32,000 bases of DNA from Hymenobacter norwichensis DSM 15439 (GTDB lineage Bacteria; Bacteroidota; Bacteroidia; Cytophagales; Hymenobacteraceae). Shown in pieces: positions 6,874 through 15,015 of the stretch (positions are counted from its first letter, which is position 1; the number at the start of each line of letters is the position of its first letter). The position numbers were made by a program, and so were the translations under genes. Under the pieces are notes generated by a model. The model was not told the origin of the DNA and made no database searches. It saw only the letters and a program-made list of their open reading frames with translations. The stretch covers positions 712,267 through 744,266 of the forward strand of contig NZ_ATVL01000006.1 in assembly GCF_000420705.1 (NCBI RefSeq), in the 5' to 3' direction.

Positions 6874-8709
6874 ATGGCTCGTCAAGTTACTGCTTCTATA
6901 CAGTGTGCCGGAACGCTACTGGCGCCTTCCCAAGATGTACAGTACCTCGTGCTGCATCAAGATTTATTTGGCCATCATCACTTCGAAATAGCGGTTCCTT
7001 TCGATAATGTGGAAGGGCCGCAAGAAGCATTCTTTTCAAAGGCGCACAAGATGCTGTTAGGGCAGCCCCTATCCATTGAACTGACTGCCGACTCCTTTCA
7101 TTTCAATCAAGGGCAGGTTTTTCAGTTTAAAGGTCTGGTCACTAACATTGCCACCAGCAAAGACACCGACTATGTGGGGAGCATTCTGGTGCGCGGCTAC
7201 AGCCCCAACTATCTGCTGACCGACGGTTTGAAACGCCGCACCTTTGTCAAGCAGACGCTAAGCAGTATTTTCAACAAGGTGCTCCAGGCTTACCCCGGCA
7301 ACCTGCTCAAGCACAGCATCAAGCCTCAGCACGCGGCTCCCATTTCATTTGTAGCCCAGTACGACGAAACCAACTTTGACTTTCTGAGCCGCTTGGCTAC
7401 GGAATACGGCGAGTGGTTCTTCTACGACGGCGAAACGTTGCAGCTTGGGGCCCCGGCGGCCGGCTCGGAAGAGGAATTTGTAGCGGATGGAGCGTACAAC
7501 AGTTTCACTTTCGGCATGGCGCTCAAGCCGGCTAAGGTGAAGATGTATGAATACAGCTACGAGAAAAACGAGAAGTTCAAAAGCTCCACCAGCAGCCAGC
7601 AGGTACCTGGTATTTCCGGCCACCCGTTCGGGAGCTTCGCACTGGAACAATCAGAAAAGCTGTTTGCTGACGAACTGCACCTATCGGCCGAAATGCTGAT
7701 TGCCAGCGCCAGTGAGCTAGACGAAGAAGCCAAGCTGCTCAAAGCCAACACTGCTGCTGAACTCATCACCTTCGAGGGCAACAGTGACAATCCGTCGTTG
7801 CGGGTGGGCGGCGTAATCAACGTGAGCGGGGAGGGGCTGGGCAGCCGCCACATTACGGCCGAGAGCTTCGGCAAGTACCGCATCATCAGTATTGCCCACC
7901 ACCTCGATGCGGAAGGCAACTATAGCAATTCTTTCACGGCTATTCCTCACTTTCTGAACGTGCCGCCGGTGCGGCCCGGCTACAACCCGCCCGCCGGTAC
8001 CCCCGAGCTGGCTGAGGTGATTGATGATGCCGACCCGCAAAAGCTAGGCCGCCTGCGCGTGCGCTACCACTGGCCCGTAGACAACCCTAAAGACGCCGAA
8101 ACCGATTGGATTCGGCTACTCACGCCCTATAGTGGCGACGGCAAAGGGCACTTGTTTAAGCCGGAAGTTGGCTCGCAGGTGCTGGTCGGGTACCAGGGAG
8201 GACTAGCAGAACAGCCCTTCGTACTGGGCAACATGTTCCACGCCAAAAACAAACAAAGCGCCAAGTACTCACCCGATGGTAACCTGATGAAAGGCATCCA
8301 GACCTCGGGCGGCAATAAGTTTGTGATGCAGGACAAGCAAGGCGAACAGAGCATCAACATCTCCAATTCCAACAACAAGGGCACATCCCTGAACATCAAT
8401 TTCAACGGCGACGGCAGTGTGAGCATAAGCACCAATGGCCCCATCAACCTCACGGCTGGCGGCGACATTACGCTTACTGCCAAGAAGAACATCACGCTCA
8501 CGGCGGAAAACGTGACGATTGATGCTAAAAAGAAAATCACGAAAACCGCTAAGGAAATCGAGATGACGGGCAGTGACAAGGTGGATATGAAGGGCAAAGC
8601 CACCACCATTCAGGCCGACAACACCATGAAAATTGCTGCTTCCTCATCGCTGGATGTAAATGGTGGCAGCAAGGCGAGCATCAGCTCCGGTAAAACCCGA
8701 ATCCACTAA
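6874..8709 (+). CDS. vgrG: Type VI secretion spike protein VgrG (TssI)
   Basis: About 611 aa from the ATG at 6874. Has a gp27/gp44-like N-terminal region, a gp5 OB-like segment (RLRVRYHWP...DWIRLLTPYSGDGKGHLFKPEVGSQVLVGYQGGLAEQPFVLGNMFH) and a C-terminal beta-helix repeat region (INLTAGGDITLTAKKNITLTAENVTIDAKKKITKTAKEIEMTG...). The track TTG start at 6808 is less likely. Confidence 0.9.
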   Translation: MARQVTASIQCAGTLLAPSQDVQYLVLHQDLFGHHHFEIAVPFDNVEGPQEAFFSKAHKMLLGQPLSIELTADSFHFNQGQVFQFKGLVTNIATSKDTDYVGSILVRGYSPNYLLTDGLKRRTFVKQTLSSIFNKVLQAYPGNLLKHSIKPQHAAPISFVAQYDETNFDFLSRLATEYGEWFFYDGETLQLGAPAAGSEEEFVADGAYNSFTFGMALKPAKVKMYEYSYEKNEKFKSSTSSQQVPGISGHPFGSFALEQSEKLFADELHLSAEMLIASASELDEEAKLLKANTAAELITFEGNSDNPSLRVGGVINVSGEGLGSRHITAESFGKYRIISIAHHLDAEGNYSNSFTAIPHFLNVPPVRPGYNPPAGTPELAEVIDDADPQKLGRLRVRYHWPVDNPKDAETDWIRLLTPYSGDGKGHLFKPEVGSQVLVGYQGGLAEQPFVLGNMFHAKNKQSAKYSPDGNLMKGIQTSGGNKFVMQDKQGEQSINISNSNNKGTSLNINFNGDGSVSISTNGPINLTAGGDITLTAKKNITLTAENVTIDAKKKITKTAKEIEMTGSDKVDMKGKATTIQADNTMKIAASSSLDVNGGSKASISSGKTRIH

Positions 8710-8719
8710 CCCCGCAGCT

Positions 8720-9556
8720 ATGTCCTTGCCGTTAGCAATGGGGGCAGTGGCGGCCCCGCGTACGTATAAGCTTACAACCACTTCGTTTATGCGCATGAAC
8801 GAGGCCGAGGAACACAACGTGTATCATACGGTGGCCCGCCAGACCCTACTAGAGCGCAAACCGAACAATACCTACCGGCTGTCCATTGAGGTGCTCAGTT
8901 TTGAGTTTGAGAACCGTACGTTCTTCAACTTCCTAGCTGCCGACCTTAATCAAGTCAGCAATAAGCTTGTCATCCAGACCGATATTTATGGACGGCTGGA
9001 ACGCATCGAAAACAAAGACGAAATGCTCCGTACTTGGCAGCGTATTCGGTCGGAAGTAATCAAGAAGTACGAAAAGTATTACCCCAAAGCTTTTTTCGAT
9101 GCCTTCGAACAAAGCCTGCAAACGGAGGGGCTGTTCGAAAAAACCATCCGCAATAAAGGCCTGCATGGCGTACTATTGCCCGGTATTTATGGCTATGGTT
9201 ATGCGCCCGATGCACCGGTGCCCGGTACGCGGGTGCTGGAGCAGTTTATCAACCATGTGAACCTACCCTTGCAAACCACTACAACCGCTGTGGAGCGCCA
9301 GCTGCCCAACCAACTGGCATTGGAAGTAACCGGCGGGCTGCACCAGGAGGCCTTGCAGGAAGACGACCTACGCCGGCTGTTCCGCACCATGGCCGATAAT
9401 CCGCTGTTGAAGGTAAGCATGCAGGCCAACTGCCAAGAACGCTATACGCTCGACGAAACTACGGGCTGGTTGCTACAGGCCGAGCAACGCCTGAAAGCCG
9501 AAGTGCCCGGCATCTACCACAACGAAGTGCATCACGCGTTAGAAACCGTTGGCTAG
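8720..9556 (+). CDS. Unknown 278-aa protein between vgrG and the Rhs effector; candidate adaptor/chaperone
   Basis: The ATG at 8720 lies 10 bp after the vgrG stop. No TM helix, signal peptide or motif recognised. The functional suggestion rests on position only. Confidence 0.5.
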   Translation: MSLPLAMGAVAAPRTYKLTTTSFMRMNEAEEHNVYHTVARQTLLERKPNNTYRLSIEVLSFEFENRTFFNFLAADLNQVSNKLVIQTDIYGRLERIENKDEMLRTWQRIRSEVIKKYEKYYPKAFFDAFEQSLQTEGLFEKTIRNKGLHGVLLPGIYGYGYAPDAPVPGTRVLEQFINHVNLPLQTTTTAVERQLPNQLALEVTGGLHQEALQEDDLRRLFRTMADNPLLKVSMQANCQERYTLDETTGWLLQAEQRLKAEVPGIYHNEVHHALETVG

Positions 9557-9622
9557 AAATTGCTTATTATGAAGAGGTTGCTATCTATTTTATGTAGTCT
9601 TCTCTAACCTACTCGCTACGCT

Positions 9623-12600
9623 ATGGCTGTTGATGACAAGTATGTGATGAATGGGGTCTGGCTCACCTGTGACAAAGGCGTTACGCCTTCGCGCTTCAAC
9701 GTGACGCCCAAGCCAGTACAACTCTACGATGAGCATTTTGCCAACGAGCTGGACAAGATTCCGCTTGTCAACATCATGCCGTTTGGGGTGTGCAGCGTCA
9801 CGAAGACGCCCTGCGTGCCGGTGCCTCTGATGTGGGAGCGAGTCATGGAAGAGGGCCTGACGGTACTTGGCGCCCGTCCGCTGCTAGATACCAGTAAGTG
9901 TATGTGCGGCGCAGGTGGTAAAATAGCCATTCACTTTACTAAGGCCGATGCTAATGCCGCTGTTGAGCTAGACAAGCAGCTCGACAAAGCCGACGAACTT
10001 GCTGAAGCTGCCGAAAAAGCCTCTAGCTGGGCATTTTTTGGCGGCATAGCCCTAGCTGTTGGTGGAGCCATCCTGTGCGCTACGGGCGTAGGTGCCCCTC
10101 TAGGAGCCGCCATGATTGCCGGCGGCGGCCACTTAATTACGGCCAGCACCATTCTGGCAACTGCTGCCGCTGTTACGAAGGGCGTAACCAACTTTGCCCG
10201 TGACCCTAGCCTGCAAAACGGTCTGTCGATTGTGGGGCAGGTGGCCAAGGATTTGGTCATTAACTACGTCATGAATAAGCTCGGCGGCGCCGTAGTTAAG
10301 AAATTAGGGCAAGCTGCTCAGAAAGCCATGAACCGGTTGGGCCTCTCGGAGCGAGCCTGCAACATGGCCAACCGCATACTTTGCACCGTCACGGGTCACC
10401 CTGTCGACGTCATTGGTGGCTACCTTTACACCGAGGCCACTGATTTCGAGTTTCCCGGTCCGATTCCCCTGCGCTGGGAGCGGCTCTGGAACTCCACTTC
10501 CATCCACGAGGGTGCCCTGGGCCACGGCTGGCACCACAGCTATGACATGGCGTTGTTTGTGGACGCCGATCAGGGCCTCGTAGCGCTCCGCGCCGCCGAT
10601 GGCCGCGGCATTGCCTTCGACCTAGTGCCCCTAGGCCAGCGCGACTTCAACCGCCTGGAGAAAATGAGCCTAGTGCACGACGAGCGGGGCTTTGCCGTTC
10701 TCGACCATGCCCAGCGTCTCACCTACCGCTTCGGCGCCAACCGCGGCGACGGGGTTTCGCCGCTGGTAGCTATTGAGAATGCCAATGGCTTTGCCATTAC
10801 TTTCGCCTACGATGCCCGTGGCTTCCTACTAGACATAGTGGACAGCGCCCGCCGCCAACTGCGCGTGAGCTGCGACGAGCAAGGCCGCATCCGCACTATT
10901 GCCACGGCCCACCCCACCGAGCCGAGAAAGATTGTGACGCTGGTGCAGTATAGCTACAACCGTCGAGGCGAGCTAACCACCGTCACGGATGCTCTAAGCC
11001 AGGAAGCACAGTACAAGTACCGCAATAGCCTGTTAGAGCAAGAGACGTTCAAGAATGGGCTGCGCTTCTACTTCCGCTACGACGGTGCCGGTCCCGAAGC
11101 CCGCTGCATCCGCACCTGGGGCGACGAGGGCATCTATGACCACAAGCTCTACTATGATGTAGCCAACCGGCGCACCATCGTCACCAACTCTTTAGACCAT
11201 GCCACTACCTACGTTGGCAATGAAAATGGACTAGTTGTAGAAGTGCTTGACGCGCGAGGCGGTGTTACACTCTCCGAGTTCAACGAGTTTAATGAACTAT
11301 TGAGCGAAACCGATCCACTCGGCAGCAGGACGGAATATGCATACGATGAGCGGGGTAATACTAACTTGGTTACTCAGCCTGATGGTACGTCGTTGAAGTT
11401 ATGCTTCGACGAAGATAACGACCTAGTGGCGGCTACTGATGCGGTGGGAGGCGAGTGGCAATGGAGCTATGACGCAACCGGTAACGTCCTTGGAAGCACC
11501 AATCCGCTTGGAGCAATAACCCGCTATGTCTACGAGAATGGGATGCTTCGGCACATCACAGCACTCAACCAGCAATCCACTGAACTGCTTTACGATGCGG
11601 CCGGTAACATGCTAGAGCTGCGCACCACCGACGGGCAGTTCACCCGTTGGCTGTACGACGGTTGGGGCCGCGCAGTGAAGTCCACTGATGCGCGCGGCAA
11701 CGTGCAGTGGCAGGAGTACGACCTGCTAGGCCGTCCCGTAAAAGTATACGCGCCCGACGGTAACGTGCGCACTTTCACCTACGACGCTTTTGATAACCTC
11801 GTGCGTGCCCAGGACCGGCAGCAGGATGTACATTACGTCTACCGTGGCATGAGTAGGCTGATTCGTCGGATAGAAGCCGGCACGGTCGTAGAGTTCCTGC
11901 ACGACACAGAGGAACAGCTGCGGGCCATTGTCAACGAGCATGGCCTCAGCTACCGTTTCGAATTGGATGCCTTGGGTGACGTAATCACCGAAACCGGGTT
12001 CGACGGGCTTACTCGCCACTACCGCCGCGACGCGGGTGGCCGTATTATGCAGGTGCTGCTGCCCGATGAAAAGCATACACACTATGGGTACGACAAGACT
12101 GGCCGGGTAACAGAAGTTACTTATTCCGATGGTAGCCGCGAAACTTATCGCTACCGTCCCGACGGGGCCCTGCTTGAAGCCGCTAATGATGTAATTACCG
12201 TTGGCCTGACGCGTGATTCACTGGGCCGGGTACTCACTGAAACCCAGGGCGCGCATATAGTCACCAGCGAATATAGTGCTTGGGGGCAGCGCGAGGGATT
12301 AAGTTCCTCACTGGGGGCCGATGTGCGCTTTGGCCACGATGAAACCGGCCGCCTGACCCAAATCAAGGTCGACAATTGGCAAGCACAGTTTGAACACGAC
12401 GCCCAGGGTTTAGAGCTCCAGCGCGCCTTTAGCGGGGGTGTTCGGGCTCGGTGGAAGCGTGATACAATGGGCCGTCCTATTGAGCTTCACATCGGTAGCA
12501 GGTTGGGTCGAGGGCCGGAGCGCGTCCGCCATTACAGTTGGCAGGAAGACAACCGGCTAGTCCAGATTCAGGACAGCTTGAGTGGCCCGCAGCGCTTTCA

Positions 12601-13801
12601 GCACGACGCTCGCGGCAATCTGGCCGCTGCCACCTTCGCCGACGGTACTCAACAATTGCGTCAGCCTGATGCGGTGGGAAATTTGTTTCGCAACAAACAG
12701 CGCCAAGACCGTCGTTACGGCCCAGCTGGGCAGCTGCTGGAAGCCGCCGGTACGCACTACGCCTATGACGCGCTGGGCAATCTAATTCGGAAGACCACAT
12801 CCAAGGGCGAAGAGTGGCACTACAGTTGGAATGGTGCTGGGCAGCTGATAGAAGTTGTACGGCCCGATGGCAGCGTGGTCCGCTTCGCCTATGATGCTCT
12901 GGGCCGGCGGGTCCGTAAAACCTTTGCTGGCCAGATCACCCAGTGGGTCTGGGATGGCGACCAGCCGCTGCACGAGTGGACCAGCCCGGAAGCCGACAGT
13001 GGCACGCCTGACGAGGTGGTAACCTGGCTGTTTGAGGAAGACAGCGCCGCGCCCGTCGCCAAGCTGCAGGGGCGGCACTGCTACGGAATCGTCACCGACC
13101 ACCTAGGTACGCCCTTGGAGTTGTATACCGCCGATGGCCGTCCGGCTTGGCAAGCCGAGCTGGACAGCTACGGCCGGGTGCGCCAAACTATGATGGAGGA
13201 GCAAACTGAGTGTCCATTCCGTTACCAGGGTCAGTACGAAGATGTTGAAACAGGTCTGTACTACAACCGCTTCCGCTATTATGACCCCAATGCAGGCAGC
13301 TATATCAGCCAAGACCCCATCGGGCTTACGGGTGGCGACCGGCTCTACGCCTACGTGCACGACCCCTTGAGCTGGATAGATTTGCTTGGGCTGGTAGGTG
13401 GCCCAGCATCGCTGCCTGATGGGCCGGGCATTTACATCATCACCAATGAAGCCAGTAAACGCTCTTACGTAGGTAGCGCTGGCATTGGCGACCAAGGTAT
13501 GCTCAGCCGTATCTCGGACACCGAGCATAAGAAAGCACAGTCCCTTTTGTTGGAAAAAGGGACCAAGGTGCAATACACTAAAGTGGACTTGGGTACGGCC
13601 ACTAATCAGAGCGACCGAAACAACATCCTGCGCTACTACGAGCAGCGGGAATTTGACCGTCAGGCTGGAAAGCGCAAATATACTATGCTGAACGACCCCA
13701 ACAGTCGCATTCAGGCGGTCAAGAAAAAGCCCAAAGCCGAGAACTTAATCAAAAAGCACGGTGCCTCCGCCTCCAAAAGGCGCGTCACCTGCAAAGGATA
13801 A
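9623..13801 (+). CDS. rhs: T6SS polymorphic toxin: DUF4280 (PAAR-like) domain, TM/Gly-zipper segment, Rhs/YD-repeat cage, C-terminal GIY-YIG-like nuclease tip
   Basis: - N-terminus: KYVMNGVWLTCDKGVTPSRFNV...LVNIMPFGVCSV..TPCVPVPLMWE...LLDTSKCMCGAGGKIAIHF fits the DUF4280 pattern.
- Hydrophobic segment: SSWAFFGGIALAVGGAILCATGVGAPLGAAMIAGGGHLITASTILATAAAV (nt about 10022-10175).
- Cage entry and repeats: CTVTGHPVDVIGGYLYTE, then many YD repeats.
- Core end: PFRYQGQYEDVETGLYYNRFRYYDPNAGSYISQDPIGLTGGDRLYAYVHDPLSWIDLLGL (the last L is at nt 13391-13393).
- Tip (13394-13798): GIYIITNEASKRSYVGSA...LSRISDTEH...YYEQREF...LND. Confidence 0.9.
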   Translation: MAVDDKYVMNGVWLTCDKGVTPSRFNVTPKPVQLYDEHFANELDKIPLVNIMPFGVCSVTKTPCVPVPLMWERVMEEGLTVLGARPLLDTSKCMCGAGGKIAIHFTKADANAAVELDKQLDKADELAEAAEKASSWAFFGGIALAVGGAILCATGVGAPLGAAMIAGGGHLITASTILATAAAVTKGVTNFARDPSLQNGLSIVGQVAKDLVINYVMNKLGGAVVKKLGQAAQKAMNRLGLSERACNMANRILCTVTGHPVDVIGGYLYTEATDFEFPGPIPLRWERLWNSTSIHEGALGHGWHHSYDMALFVDADQGLVALRAADGRGIAFDLVPLGQRDFNRLEKMSLVHDERGFAVLDHAQRLTYRFGANRGDGVSPLVAIENANGFAITFAYDARGFLLDIVDSARRQLRVSCDEQGRIRTIATAHPTEPRKIVTLVQYSYNRRGELTTVTDALSQEAQYKYRNSLLEQETFKNGLRFYFRYDGAGPEARCIRTWGDEGIYDHKLYYDVANRRTIVTNSLDHATTYVGNENGLVVEVLDARGGVTLSEFNEFNELLSETDPLGSRTEYAYDERGNTNLVTQPDGTSLKLCFDEDNDLVAATDAVGGEWQWSYDATGNVLGSTNPLGAITRYVYENGMLRHITALNQQSTELLYDAAGNMLELRTTDGQFTRWLYDGWGRAVKSTDARGNVQWQEYDLLGRPVKVYAPDGNVRTFTYDAFDNLVRAQDRQQDVHYVYRGMSRLIRRIEAGTVVEFLHDTEEQLRAIVNEHGLSYRFELDALGDVITETGFDGLTRHYRRDAGGRIMQVLLPDEKHTHYGYDKTGRVTEVTYSDGSRETYRYRPDGALLEAANDVITVGLTRDSLGRVLTETQGAHIVTSEYSAWGQREGLSSSLGADVRFGHDETGRLTQIKVDNWQAQFEHDAQGLELQRAFSGGVRARWKRDTMGRPIELHIGSRLGRGPERVRHYSWQEDNRLVQIQDSLSGPQRFQHDARGNLAAATFADGTQQLRQPDAVGNLFRNKQRQDRRYGPAGQLLEAAGTHYAYDALGNLIRKTTSKGEEWHYSWNGAGQLIEVVRPDGSVVRFAYDALGRRVRKTFAGQITQWVWDGDQPLHEWTSPEADSGTPDEVVTWLFEEDSAAPVAKLQGRHCYGIVTDHLGTPLELYTADGRPAWQAELDSYGRVRQTMMEEQTECPFRYQGQYEDVETGLYYNRFRYYDPNAGSYISQDPIGLTGGDRLYAYVHDPLSWIDLLGLVGGPASLPDGPGIYIITNEASKRSYVGSAGIGDQGMLSRISDTEHKKAQSLLLEKGTKVQYTKVDLGTATNQSDRNNILRYYEQREFDRQAGKRKYTMLNDPNSRIQAVKKKPKAENLIKKHGASASKRRVTCKG
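10986..11175 (+). repeat. 190-bp tract in the main rhs, near-identical to 15373-15562
   Basis: Base-by-base comparison by eye found 3 mismatches in 190 bp (AATAGC/AACGGC and CGCTTC/CGCCTC). Identity drops sharply on both sides. Confidence 0.85.
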
Positions 13802-13812
13802 TACCTCTATTC

Positions 13813-14742
13813 ATGAGCAGCCAGCCAAAACTAATAACTCAAAGCAAAAGCACCTACGGTCCGACTACCCACGGCGTGTACTGCCTAGGCAGCAAAAGCG
13901 AATGCAGCCACTTGGAAGAAGACGGCGCAGTACGTCTCAATTGGGGTAAGACGCCCGAGCCCGAGCAGCTGGCGAACATCCAATCCTTGTACTTACTGCC
14001 TACGACAGTTCAGCTAGCTAAAAGCCCGCACCTACCCGACTTTATCCGCAAGCTAGGGCAGCTGCGGTTTTTGGAACTTCCTCTGCCACTGGCTCTGACG
14101 CTACAACCCGACGCGCTGCCAGCTTCGCTGGAGTCCTTGACGCTGCTTCATTGGGAACAGTACGCCGGCGGCCTCAACATCAAAGACGCACGGTGGCCTG
14201 GTCTGACCTTGACAGGTCTAAAAAGCTTCAGCATTCTTAGTGGCTTTGGAGCACCGGAGCTACCTTCTCTCCTCGGCGTTTCTAACGAGGTTTTCCCACA
14301 GCTGGAACACCTAAGCTGCCGCCTCGACAAAAAAGGCGAAGTGCTGGCCCAACTAGCCGATTTTACTTCCCTGCGGCACTTGGAGCTAGAGTTTGCCTAT
14401 AATCACAATATTTTTGCGAGCATCAACAGCCCGTTGCAGTCGCTGAGCCTCGAAGGCGCGAACAAGGAATTTCCTCTAGCGCGGATTACTGTCATCCCTA
14501 CCCTGGAACTGCTGTGGCTGAATGGCATCAAAGCCGATATCAACTGTGCGCTATTTCAAGCGCTACCAAACCTGCGAGAAATTAGTGTATTAAACTCCAA
14601 GAAGGTGGCTAATGCGCAAGAGCTACTACAGTGTCCTAAACTGGAAAGCATTTACTTCTTAGATTGCGGAAACCCATTTAAGGGCGTCAAGAACCAGTTT
14701 CAAGAGGCCAAGTACGAGATGCTGGATATAGACTTCAGCTAG
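13813..14742 (+). CDS. Leucine-rich-repeat protein; candidate cognate immunity for the GIY-YIG tip
   Basis: 309 aa, starting 11 bp after the rhs stop, with no signal peptide. Repeated LxxLxL units: LRFLELPLPL, LESLTLLHW, LTLTGLKSFSIL, LEHLSCRL, LRHLELEF, LQSLSLEG, LELLWLNG, LREISVLN, LESIYFLD. Confidence 0.6.
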   Translation: MSSQPKLITQSKSTYGPTTHGVYCLGSKSECSHLEEDGAVRLNWGKTPEPEQLANIQSLYLLPTTVQLAKSPHLPDFIRKLGQLRFLELPLPLALTLQPDALPASLESLTLLHWEQYAGGLNIKDARWPGLTLTGLKSFSILSGFGAPELPSLLGVSNEVFPQLEHLSCRLDKKGEVLAQLADFTSLRHLELEFAYNHNIFASINSPLQSLSLEGANKEFPLARITVIPTLELLWLNGIKADINCALFQALPNLREISVLNSKKVANAQELLQCPKLESIYFLDCGNPFKGVKNQFQEAKYEMLDIDFS

Positions 14743-15015
14743 TATTACTGTAGACCACCGCCGCTTGGTAAAATAGCTAGGTGTATAGTTACAGGTAAAG
14801 GATAGTGGTGTTCTGATAAATTGTGCAGAACTGGTTAATATGCTTCATCTGCTTTAAAAGCGCACACGGTTATTAGGCTTGGTCTGGTGGGACGATGAGG
14901 AACCCGATACGGTAGGTTTTTGGGATGTTTTAGATGAGTGGTTCGCAATGGGAATAGAGGAATATTAGTGAGTGATGAGCTATTGATGGGTGCCTAGCTG
15001 AAGACCAGTTAAGGT

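Noticed and set aside
7345-8609. Minus-strand ORFs inside vgrG (7345-7650, 7557-7919, 7717-8040, 8127-8609)
   Set aside because: They are antisense to a strongly supported VgrG frame. Their products are hydrophobic or low-complexity with no motifs. The 160-aa ORF at 8127-8609 mirrors the beta-helix repeat region.
9724-13573. Numerous antisense or off-frame ORFs inside the main rhs (for example 9931-10260, 11726-12082, 12477-12800, 12782-13102, 13103-13573)
   Set aside because: A single 1392-aa frame with recognisable DUF4280, YD repeats and the Rhs core explains the region. The others are expected by chance in a long GC-rich gene.
14743-15015. 273-bp AT-richer spacer after the LRR gene, examined for a small gene, an ncRNA, or a transposase or integrase remnant
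   Set aside because: No ORF of meaningful length, no inverted terminal repeats and no recognisable RNA motif were seen. It is most simply degraded sequence at the 5' edge of the orphan rhs.
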